Source: Escherichia phage Ec_YwIITB1. Taken from it: a DNA stretch of 64,000 bases. The position numbers and the translations under genes are program-made. This document shows positions 30,605-41,549 of this stretch, in pieces. The notes beneath the pieces were generated by a model that searched no databases, was not told the DNA's origin, and saw nothing but the letters and a program-made list of their open reading frames with translations. Where the stretch lies: the sequence record PQ356294.1; one strand, 5' to 3'. Numbering within the stretch: the first letter of the stretch is position 1; every line of letters begins with the position of its first letter.

Positions 30605-30892
30605 TTAGAACCTCATCTGAAAACCGTGCGATTTAACATTACCGCCGCCAATATCAGAAATGTTAATTTCACACGCAATTGAAGGGTCAATGTCAATTTC
30701 ACGATTGAGTTTAGTGATAGCTAAAGTATCGCGGCCATTTACAGTACGGAACTCTAAAGGACATACTACATTAACGTAGTTTTTAATCGATTCGCTGGTA
30801 GGTTGCAAATGAGCAGGAAGGTCTTTAGGTGCCTTAGAGAAAACCACTTCACAGAAATTTTTGCGGGTGTCAAAATAAGTAGTCATAAACAT
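30605..30892 (-). CDS. Hypothetical protein
   Basis: 95-aa ORF. Confidence 0.5.
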   Translation of the reverse strand: MFMTTYFDTRKNFCEVVFSKAPKDLPAHLQPTSESIKNYVNVVCPLEFRTVNGRDTLAITKLNREIDIDPSIACEINISDIGGGNVKSHGFQMRF

Positions 30893-30933
30893 AGTATTTT
30901 CCTCAGTGAGGGGCCGAAGCCCCTCATTTTATT

Positions 30934-31299
30934 TTAAATATCAAATTCGTTAAGAACTACATCAAAGATTGCTTCAAGATGCTCAGGTTTAGCTCTGTTA
31001 CTCAGAATATGACGAATCCAAGTTTTAACCAGAAGCTTGCGATTAACGCCATTCCAGCAAGGATGAGTCCCTAAATCGCGCTGACAAAAATCATCATCCA
31101 AAGCGATTTTGAAGTTGGAACCTTCCATTGTGATTGAAACCGTGATGCCATTTTCAAATCGCATATAAACGTAGTTAGGAGTCATATACTGTTCAATTTC
31201 GCATACTGATCCATTTTGATGTTTCCAAAGGCAAATAGTATCAATAGAACCTGCAATACCATTAGAAACATATTTACGTTCAAAGTTGATGTAGTTCAT
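30934..31299 (-). CDS. Hypothetical protein
   Basis: 121-aa ORF. Confidence 0.55.
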   Translation of the reverse strand: MNYINFERKYVSNGIAGSIDTICLWKHQNGSVCEIEQYMTPNYVYMRFENGITVSITMEGSNFKIALDDDFCQRDLGTHPCWNGVNRKLLVKTWIRHILSNRAKPEHLEAIFDVVLNEFDI

Positions 31300-31367
31300 T
31301 TTTATTCTCCGAGATGTTTAATTGCGGTACAGGTATATAATATCATATCCTGTACCAAAGTAAACAA

Positions 31368-31700
31368 TTATTTTACTACTTTCCAATGCTTCATGTCAAG
31401 TTTACCAACTTTTTTCATCTTCTCAATTAAGCGTTCTGCGCGTTGGCGAGCTGTAACATAATGCCATTCACCTAATTCATTTTGTTCAATTTTTCCAACG
31501 ATTACTGTATTCAATTCATAAATCCAACCAGTAAAGAAATTATGAACTTGAATTGTAAAGGTGAAATCTGTCCCCATACCTTCTGTTGTTTCTACTTCAA
31601 TGATATCACCTTCAACTGCCATTAAGAACCACATAGTTTCATCATATTTACCATTGAAGCATTTAGTTTTAACTGCAGCGTTCAGATTAATCGTTTTCAT
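31368..31700 (-). CDS. Hypothetical protein
   Basis: 110-aa ORF with early promoter-like element upstream. Confidence 0.55.
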   Translation of the reverse strand: MKTINLNAAVKTKCFNGKYDETMWFLMAVEGDIIEVETTEGMGTDFTFTIQVHNFFTGWIYELNTVIVGKIEQNELGEWHYVTARQRAERLIEKMKKVGKLDMKHWKVVK

Positions 31701-31727
31701 TTTATTCTCCTTTGTTTGTGTAAGATA

Positions 31728-31757
31728 ATACTATCACAAAGGAACCATACTGTAAAC
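31728..31757 (-). promoter_or_regulatory. Early promoter-like element (-35 GTTTAC, 18 nt, -10 TAGTAT)
   Basis: Upstream of ORF 31368..31700. Confidence 0.45.
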
Positions 31758-31810
31758 AACTTTGTGCAGTCTTTGGAAAATAAAAAAGGACTCCCGAAGG
31801 AGTCCTCAAC

Positions 31811-31987
31811 TTATGCTTTCTGCTTACCAAAACGAGAAGCATCATCTCGAAGAACCGCACGTGCTCGGCGCATGATCTTCTCAACAGTTTGATTGATACG
31901 AGAGTTCGACCCACGCTTGTAACCAGCGCGTTTAGAATCACCAACTTTCTTTTCAACTGCTTTCTTTGCTTTAGCTTGTTTTGCCAT
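31811..31987 (-). CDS. Small Lys/Arg-rich protein (possible nucleic-acid-binding)
   Basis: ORF 31811..32029; start placed at ATG of MAKQAKAKKAVEKK...; 58 aa, highly basic. Confidence 0.45.
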   Translation of the reverse strand: MAKQAKAKKAVEKKVGDSKRAGYKRGSNSRINQTVEKIMRRARAVLRDDASRFGKQKA

Positions 31988-32340
31988 TATAAATTCTCTT
32001 TTAAATGAAAATGCAGGACTTATTGACATTGCCTGCTAAAGCCCTCAAGGGGGACATAGGTTTTTGAATATTTAACGACCAGGATAACCATAAACCCGTC
32101 AACATACCTTATAGCTCTTATCTGTTGCACACCGTTAGCTTAAAGGTTCCGGGTTCGATTTCTCGAGGATAAGATATATACTGATGGATATATAGGCCTT
32201 GAGGCGTACTCCCGATTAGCCATCACCTCGGGGTAGCATGCACTTGCCGCTATAAAATAACATTCAAGAGGTACACCGTAAAACAAAGTTCGACGGCTCC
32301 TCGATTTTAGCTCACACTAAGGCAGTGAATCTCCAATAAA

Positions 32341-32589
32341 TTACTTCAGTGTTACCACAAAGTGACGAACTGCTTTTCGTGCAGCAGAAGCCAGTGGCTT
32401 AGCATATTTAAGTTCATCTTTTTCCTGAAGCTCAGCAGCTAATGCAGTTTGAGCAGGATTCAGATGTTTGAAATAACGCAGGATTTCAAGAGCTTCGGCT
32501 TCAACATCAATAGATGCGCCATAGTTTTCGTGACCATTATTCCATGCGTTTCGTTGCAGTTCAAGAGCGTGTTGTAATTGTTTAATCAT
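32341..32589 (-). CDS. rIII: RIII lysis inhibition accessory protein
   Basis: 82-aa ORF matching T4 RIII (MIKQLQHALELQRNAWNNGHENYG...). Confidence 0.85.
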   Translation of the reverse strand: MIKQLQHALELQRNAWNNGHENYGASIDVEAEALEILRYFKHLNPAQTALAAELQEKDELKYAKPLASAARKAVRHFVVTLK

Positions 32590-32715
32590 TTAAAAATTCT
32601 CGTTAGAGATTAAAACTCGGTAGTCACGTTCTTCTGAATTTCATCTTCTTTCGACAGATCTCTCAGTTGTAGACTACCACATAGAATTGAAACCCAATTC
32701 ATATTATTATTTATA

Positions 32716-33051
32716 TCACTTATAAAGACATGGAATAGCTTTATAGTGACAGGTAACGAATTTTTGTTTAATTTCTTTTGGCTGCTTAAGACCCAGAGCT
32801 ACAAAAGGATGCGGAACGTTTCGAATTTGACCAACTGGAAGAGAAGTCAAATCACCAACTTCACAGAAACCTTCAGGAACATCAGGACCAACGGAGTGAA
32901 CTACACACAGTTCAGGAACTTCACCTTGAACACGTTTACCGATAATAAGTCCTGATTCTGTAACTTCTTCATCACCAGCCTGTGCAGGTTCAGAAACTAA
33001 AATAACATATTCACCGACAGCACGAATTGGTAGCTGTTGTACTTCAGACAT
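32716..33051 (-). CDS. 31: Head assembly co-chaperonin gp31 (GroES-like)
   Basis: 111-aa ORF matching T4 gp31. Confidence 0.95.
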
Positions 33052-33107
33052 CGTTTTTCCTTTTTGTTAACAGATGAATTAATAATAACAAATAATTCTT
33101 AAAGCAT

Positions 33108-33416
33108 TTATTTACCAATAAATTGAAGCAAATGCTCAACTTTCATACCATTAACGGAAATCAATTTGTCAATAGAAAAACCTCGCCATGCACCAAGCTC
33201 AACATCAAATACTGGAACCATATCAGTAGATTCTTTCCGAGTAGATTCAGTCAATTTACCGGTTTGCATGGTTGGCATAAAATCGGCATCACGAGTACCT
33301 TTCATAGTACGAATAGTACCATCAGACTTTTCAAAAACTATGTTTGAAACACCCATGGACAATTTAGTTTTCAAAATTTCACGAATTGCTACTTTCTGTT
33401 CAGTTGTCAGTTTCAT
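33108..33416 (-). CDS. Hypothetical protein (31.1-like)
   Basis: 102-aa ORF downstream of gene 31. Confidence 0.6.
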   Translation of the reverse strand: MKLTTEQKVAIREILKTKLSMGVSNIVFEKSDGTIRTMKGTRDADFMPTMQTGKLTESTRKESTDMVPVFDVELGAWRGFSIDKLISVNGMKVEHLLQFIGK

Positions 33417-33653
33417 TTATTTACCTATTACAGTTTTAATATGGGTTGTTCCACGTTCTTTAAGAGTGGAAAGCAATTTTTGGCATTTTTCTAAATCAGA
33501 TTTCCAACTATACGGTCTATCAATACAAACCCATTCTGACTTATAATACTGCTTCCATTTAGAGAAAAAATACTTCTTATACTCTACAGCAAATGAAATA
33601 TTCTCGTTAGAATAAGAACTAATTGCTGTGAGCTGTACCAAACGAAATTTCAT
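33417..33653 (-). CDS. Hypothetical protein (31.2-like)
   Basis: 78-aa ORF. Confidence 0.55.
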   Translation of the reverse strand: MKFRLVQLTAISSYSNENISFAVEYKKYFFSKWKQYYKSEWVCIDRPYSWKSDLEKCQKLLSTLKERGTTHIKTVIGK

Positions 33654-34234
33654 TATTCACCACAGAATTCGTTGATGTTTTCCCAGTTTAACTTATTCAA
33701 GTTTTTCTTAGGAACATTAAACACTTCAATACCCGCATTTCGCAGAATATCATCCCAGCCAGGTTTATTTTTATCGTATGTTTCACAATAAACCAGCTTT
33801 TTAATACCAGATTGAGCTATCGCTTTTGCACAATCTGGGCATGGAGAAAGTGTTACATACATAGTAGCACCTTCAATTGAAGAACCATTTCGTGCAGCAA
33901 ACAAAATTGCATTTAGTTCAGCATGAATTTCATTTTTAGACGACCATTCAGAGTGCGCGCTACGGTGTTCTTTCGCCAAGACAAAACGATCAGTTGAACC
34001 AAATGATACGCATTCAGGCTTATGACCTTGAATGATAGTATGTTTAGGCTTATTCAACAACCAACCTTGCTCAGCAGCATAATCACAGCAATTCACACCA
34101 CCTGCAGGTGAACCATTATATCCGGTAGAAATAATACGTCCATTCTTTTCAATTACTGCTCCTACCTTCCAGGAGCAACATTTTGATTCTTGCGATACTA
34201 AATATGCAATTTGAAGTACTGTACTCGCTTTCAT
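33653..34234 (-). CDS. cd: dCMP deaminase
   Basis: 193-aa ORF; zinc-binding HAELNAI and PCxxC motifs; matches T4 Cd. Confidence 0.95.
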   Translation of the reverse strand: MKASTVLQIAYLVSQESKCCSWKVGAVIEKNGRIISTGYNGSPAGGVNCCDYAAEQGWLLNKPKHTIIQGHKPECVSFGSTDRFVLAKEHRSAHSEWSSKNEIHAELNAILFAARNGSSIEGATMYVTLSPCPDCAKAIAQSGIKKLVYCETYDKNKPGWDDILRNAGIEVFNVPKKNLNKLNWENINEFCGE

Positions 34235-34569
34235 TTCATAATCACCAAATAAGCAGATTTAGCAGTTTCAACACGATAAATTTCGTGACGAAGTTTAGTT
34301 ATACTTTTAATAACAGAACTAATTATATTCTGCCCATCTTTAAAGCGGTTTTTCTTATCAATAAAAATTGCGCCAACCATCTTTTTGTGAAGCTCAACTG
34401 GATACTTCGTCACAATAATAGCATCATACACAGAAGGATGAATACTATTCACTAGAGTGTCATTCATTAAAGTTATTCTAATAAACTGTGCCGTTTCAGA
34501 GTCAAGCGCTCTATGATCGCCAGTATCATTTTCAAGACAATTATCAATTATATCAGTTAAATTCATCAT
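34231..34569 (-). CDS. Hypothetical protein (cd.1-like)
   Basis: 112-aa ORF. Confidence 0.55.
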   Translation of the reverse strand: MMNLTDIIDNCLENDTGDHRALDSETAQFIRITLMNDTLVNSIHPSVYDAIIVTKYPVELHKKMVGAIFIDKKNRFKDGQNIISSVIKSITKLRHEIYRVETAKSAYLVIMK

Positions 34570-34802
34570 AGTACGCCATACACCCTTTGTGCTTCAACTA
34601 ATCCATCAAAATCCAATTTGAGATGTGTTATTTGGTCACCATCACCTGGATTCACAATTACTAATACTGAACGAGGAGTTTCGGTAATAACGCGAACCGA
34701 TGTTTCAGGAAATCGTTCAGAAACCTTATTTACCAATTCCTGGGCAAATAGTTTAACTTTTTCTTGGAATTCTTTAACAGTAATTGGTTTTTCGCTTAGC
34801 AT
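34566..34802 (-). CDS. Hypothetical protein (cd.2-like)
   Basis: 78-aa ORF. Confidence 0.55.
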   Translation of the reverse strand: MLSEKPITVKEFQEKVKLFAQELVNKVSERFPETSVRVITETPRSVLVIVNPGDGDQITHLKLDFDGLVEAQRVYGVL

Positions 34803-35323
34803 GTTGATCCTAGCTCCTTACTTTCAACGTTTTTAACTAATTTGACAGAAACTAATTCAGCATCTCGAGTAATCATTACCGGGCCTTCTTCATACTCTTC
34901 AAGATATTCTAGAGCTTTCTTTTTAGCTTCTTCCTTCGTATCAGTTTGAGCATAGATATAAAACATGCAACCAGTAATACCTACTACTTTCCACTTAATT
35001 TCTTTATCAGTTTTAATTTCAAATTTACTGACAGAATCATCTTTTTGAACTTCTTCGAAAAAAGAATATTCTAACATATAAGCAATTGAAAATAACGGGC
35101 TAACTTTATAAGATTCGCCCATTACATCAACAGCTTTATACCAGCAGTCATCAATTTCGCGTTTAATGCTAATAACATTTTTCGCAGGATCTATTTTTAC
35201 TTTAAATGAATTTTCCCCAATAAACTGGGCAATTCGTTTATTAGCCCCGCAAGTTTCATTAAAAATATCTTTATATCCAGCTTTAAAGCGATAAACCTTA
35301 TCTTCTTCAAACCATTCGCTCAT
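34796..35323 (-). CDS. Hypothetical protein (cd.3-like)
   Basis: 175-aa ORF with early promoter-like element upstream. Confidence 0.6.
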   Translation of the reverse strand: MSEWFEEDKVYRFKAGYKDIFNETCGANKRIAQFIGENSFKVKIDPAKNVISIKREIDDCWYKAVDVMGESYKVSPLFSIAYMLEYSFFEEVQKDDSVSKFEIKTDKEIKWKVVGITGCMFYIYAQTDTKEEAKKKALEYLEEYEEGPVMITRDAELVSVKLVKNVESKELGSTC

Positions 35324-35353
35324 TTCAATTTCCTCATTTGTTTTGGTAGAGCT

Positions 35354-35383
35354 ATAATATCACAACTCTACCGTAAAGTAAAC
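35354..35383 (-). promoter_or_regulatory. Early promoter-like element (-35 GTTTAC, 18 nt, -10 TATTAT)
   Basis: Upstream of ORF 34796..35323. Confidence 0.45.
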
Positions 35384-35385
35384 TA

Positions 35386-35661
35386 TTAAATTGCTTTGAA
35401 TTCTGATGTCTGCGATTCAAAGCGAATATCACCTTTGATGACTAGCTCAGCATCAAGACCGAATACGACAATGATATGCGCAGAACCTGGATACAGCGTA
35501 ATGGAAATAGAATCCACTTGGTCTGGAAGCAAAGTATTCAATACATGAGTCACTTGAGCATGAATTCGAAGCTCAGCTGCGTTATCAAGCTTTTCAAACA
35601 TATTATTAGCAATAATTTGGCTAAACACTACTTCTACGATTTTAGAATAAGTCGGAAACAT
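35386..35661 (-). CDS. Hypothetical protein (cd.4-like)
   Basis: 91-aa ORF. Confidence 0.55.
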   Translation of the reverse strand: MFPTYSKIVEVVFSQIIANNMFEKLDNAAELRIHAQVTHVLNTLLPDQVDSISITLYPGSAHIIVVFGLDAELVIKGDIRFESQTSEFKAI

Positions 35662-35663
35662 AT

Positions 35664-35856
35664 TTACCTCACATAATTTTCTTCAAGCCAATCAATAACA
35701 TCCAACGCATTATCAAAAGTTGAACCATCTACTTTGTCTTCTGTTTCATAATCAAGAACATCTAAGCCTACTCTTCCATCAACAATAGGCCATAAACAAA
35801 ATAGATATTTCTTTTCTTTTTCAATTTTATCACAAAGTCGATAAATCTTTTCTATG

Positions 35857-35864
<8 letters not shown>
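35664..35864 (-). CDS. Hypothetical protein (cd.5-like)
   Basis: 66-aa ORF. Confidence 0.5.
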
Positions 35865-37276
<1,412 letters not shown>

Positions 37277-37279
37277 TTA

Positions 37280-37510
37280 TTATTTCTCAACCAATGATTG
37301 AATATAATCATGTAAGTCTTTAGATGCTTTACCCCACTTGTTTTGATATTCATTTTTAAGATTAGCACGTGATTGAGCTAATAAAACATCATTAGTTGGA
37401 GGTAAAGATTCTAATCGTTGAATCTGGCGTCCATAAATCATTGCAGCCATCTCGGATTCATAAATCAATCCTTTGAGATGTTCAAATTGATGCCATGAAA
37501 TCATTTGCAT
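37280..37510 (-). CDS. Hypothetical protein
   Basis: 76-aa ORF. Confidence 0.5.
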   Translation of the reverse strand: MQMISWHQFEHLKGLIYESEMAAMIYGRQIQRLESLPPTNDVLLAQSRANLKNEYQNKWGKASKDLHDYIQSLVEK

Positions 37511-37800
37511 TTATCCTCTTTTAACTCTTGGCGATAATAACATATCATAGTTTTCTGATCATGTACATATCGTTTTACATCATTAAGCCAAATACGAAAT
37601 TCCTGGGAATCTTCGAATGGCATACCGACCCAAGCTTTACCATCAATAACTTTAACTTGCCAAGATAGTTTAGCTTCATCGTATGACTTTATTTGTACAG
37701 GCCAATTAGGATGAACTGTTTCTTTCTTTACTTCTAGAGGCTTTGTCGAACAACCAACTAGAATACCAATAGATAATATTACTGCTGATAGTTTAATCAT
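37501..37800 (-). CDS. Putative outer-membrane spanin (lipoprotein, Rz1-like)
   Basis: 99-aa ORF with signal peptide and lipobox LVGC (MIKLSAVILSIGILVGC); adjacent to i-spanin-like gene. Confidence 0.65.
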   Translation of the reverse strand: MIKLSAVILSIGILVGCSTKPLEVKKETVHPNWPVQIKSYDEAKLSWQVKVIDGKAWVGMPFEDSQEFRIWLNDVKRYVHDQKTMICYYRQELKEDKCK

Positions 37801-38150
37801 TTAGAAAGGTCCTGGATGTCTTCTGCAAACTTGTTGAAGGAGTTGTTGATTTGTTTTTCAACCAATCCTGGCTTATGAGCCACCACATCCGCCTTCTTTG
37901 CGTCTTTGCGCAGTTTTTCATTTTCACGCTCAATAGCAGCAATTGCCTCACGATTTTTATTATTCATCGCATCAATATAATTATACTGAATTCGCAAATT
38001 ATTTAATGCTAAAGCGTTTTCATTGGCCGTTTTTGTAATTTCTACAACAGACGTTTCTAATCTTTCAATTTTATTTTTTAAAATTAAAGAAGTTCCGCCC
38101 AATGCAATTACAATTAATAACAAACCTGTTGTCGTATTACTTAATTGCAT
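37797..38150 (-). CDS. Putative inner-membrane spanin (Rz-like)
   Basis: 117-aa ORF; N-terminal TM segment followed by coiled-coil-like charged region. Confidence 0.65.
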   Translation of the reverse strand: MQLSNTTTGLLLIVIALGGTSLILKNKIERLETSVVEITKTANENALALNNLRIQYNYIDAMNNKNREAIAAIERENEKLRKDAKKADVVAHKPGLVEKQINNSFNKFAEDIQDLSK

Positions 38151-38644
38151 AAAGTTTTAATAACCTCTATAATATCGTCTTGAGAAAGACCGTTAATTAA
38201 AATATGATGTTCAGCAGGAGATTTAGAAATTTTAAAGCATGCCTCAACATCTTCTGCCATATCTGATGCGCTACGATTTGGATTACTAATTCCAAGACGA
38301 TGTTTTCCCGTCAAAGGATTAACGATGATATAGCATTTACAGTTATTAATATGAACATTAGGTTGAGTCTGATTAATGAACACATCACAATCATATTTCG
38401 CAAGCTGATTTTCTAAAAAGACTTTCATCTCCTCAACCGCATCAGGAAGCATATCACGGGCTTGCTCAAGACGACGATTTCGATATTCTTTAATGGTCGT
38501 TTTCCGCTTGACTTGCTTAGCTAAATCTTTCTTAAGATCGGTGATATATCCAACTCGACGATTTCCTTTAAATACAGAAATCCCATCTGTAGTATCACCG
38601 TATGCTTCAACGACCATCTCAGTAGTAATAAGCTGCAAATCCAT
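38141..38644 (-). CDS. alc: Alc (transcription terminator on dC-containing DNA)
   Basis: 167-aa ORF matching T4 Alc. Confidence 0.85.
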   Translation of the reverse strand: MDLQLITTEMVVEAYGDTTDGISVFKGNRRVGYITDLKKDLAKQVKRKTTIKEYRNRRLEQARDMLPDAVEEMKVFLENQLAKYDCDVFINQTQPNVHINNCKCYIIVNPLTGKHRLGISNPNRSASDMAEDVEACFKISKSPAEHHILINGLSQDDIIEVIKTLCN

Positions 38645-38652
38645 TATAAAGT

Positions 38653-38705
38653 CCTCATGTTATGTCAGTAAGACTACTGTAACACAGCACGAGGGACTTG
38701 TAAAC
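38653..38705 (-). repeat. 54-bp dispersed repeat (copy 2) upstream of alc
   Basis: 52/54 identical to 22963-23016. Confidence 0.7.
38676..38705 (-). promoter_or_regulatory. Early promoter-like element upstream of alc; second copy of the 54-bp promoter-leader repeat (-10 degenerate: TACAGT)
   Basis: 38653-38705 is 52/54 identical to 22963-23016. Confidence 0.5.
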
Positions 38706-38708
38706 AGC

Positions 38709-40296
<1,588 letters not shown>

Positions 40297-40323
40297 AATA
40301 AAATGGGCCTTGTGGCCCACTCC

Positions 40324-41498
40324 TTAAAAATATTTTTTAAAACTCATCATAACTTTATCATCAACATCATTATCAATCTGTGCTACAAGATAAGATGACA
40401 GTTCTACTTCTTGCGGCGCGGATTGAACATTATCAGAATTAAGATATTCACGAATCCAAGGATACGGGTGTTTAACCGGAGCATCGGTAATTGGGCATGG
40501 AAGACCACACTGTTTCATACGAGATACAGTTAAGTAATCAATAAAGTTCCACATGCTATTTGTATTTAATCCAGGAACATCGCCATCTTTAAATAAATGA
40601 ACTGCCCAGTCTTTTTCTTGGCGGTTAACTTCCATGAAAATATCAACTGCTTCTTGTTCACACTCTTGGGCGATTTTAACCCATTCATCACCATCAGTGC
40701 CAAGTTGAAGTTGACGAATAATATATTGGGTGCCTTTAAGGTGAAGCTGTTCATCACGTGCAATGAACTTCATAATCTTGGCATTACCTTCCATGATTTC
40801 CATGTTTTTATGGAAGTTAAAGGTACATGCGAAAGATACGTAAAAACGAATAGCTTCCAGTGCGTTGATTACATGCAGACAAAGGTAAAGAGAACGCATT
40901 AGTTCACGTTTCCAATACATTTCATGCTCTATGGCATCTTTAATATCATCTTCGTCTGCGTTAATTTCTTTTTGGTACTCAATATCAGCTTTAGCATTCT
41001 GCCACGAGTTTTCTCAATAACATCATCATAGTAACGACCAATAGATTCAGCACGTTTCATGATAGCTTTATCTAATACAATCTCATCAAATACTTTTGAC
41101 GGATCAGTATAAAGATTCCGCATGATATGAGTGTATGAACGACTGTGAATAGTTTCGCTAAAAGTCCATGTAGCAACCCATGTATCAAGGCTTGGGTCTG
41201 AAATTAACGACATAAGTACAGCAGACGGTGCACGACCCTGAATGCTATCCAAAAGTGATTGATACTTCAGGTTATTAGTAAAAATATCTTGCTGATACTG
41301 AGGAAGCTTGTTAAATTGTGCAGCATCCATCATCAAGTTTACTTCTTCAGGACGCCAGAAAAATGACAACTGCTTTTCGGTTAAATCTTCAAAAACTTTA
41401 TGGCGTTGAATATCATAACGCGCAATACCAAGACCTGAACCGAAGAACATAGGTTCTTTTAAAACATCAACTGGATTTGTATTAAAAACTGTGCTCAT
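40324..41498 (-). pseudogene. nrdB: Ribonucleotide reductase beta subunit NrdB, intron-less, with apparent net -1 frameshift near 40994 in the sequence as given
   Basis: ORFs 40929..41498 (N-terminal 165 aa good, then out-of-frame tail) and 40324..40920 (C-terminal part) together span about 388 codons; pseudogene or sequencing error. Confidence 0.85.
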
Positions 41499-41549
41499 AA
41501 ATTTTCCGCTTAGTTAATAGATAGTGACTCATCCGTGAGTCAAATTATA

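Noticed and set aside
30907-30935. Hairpin GAGGGGC-CGAA-GCCCCTC + T-run as a plus-strand terminator inside the minus-strand early cluster
   Set aside because: Orientation is wrong for terminating the minus-strand genes around it; more likely an intercistronic RNA stability or processing hairpin, so not called as a terminator.
32130-32165. tRNA-like T-arm motif GGGTTCGATTTC in the non-coding region upstream of rIII
   Set aside because: Flanking sequence cannot form a 5-bp T-stem, acceptor stem or anticodon arm; no cloverleaf could be built on either strand.
40920-40929. Split nrdB as evidence of a group I intron (as in T4 nrdB)
   Set aside because: The two halves are only 8 bp apart and the sequence across the junction is ordinary nrdB coding sequence in a shifted frame; consistent with an indel, not an intron.
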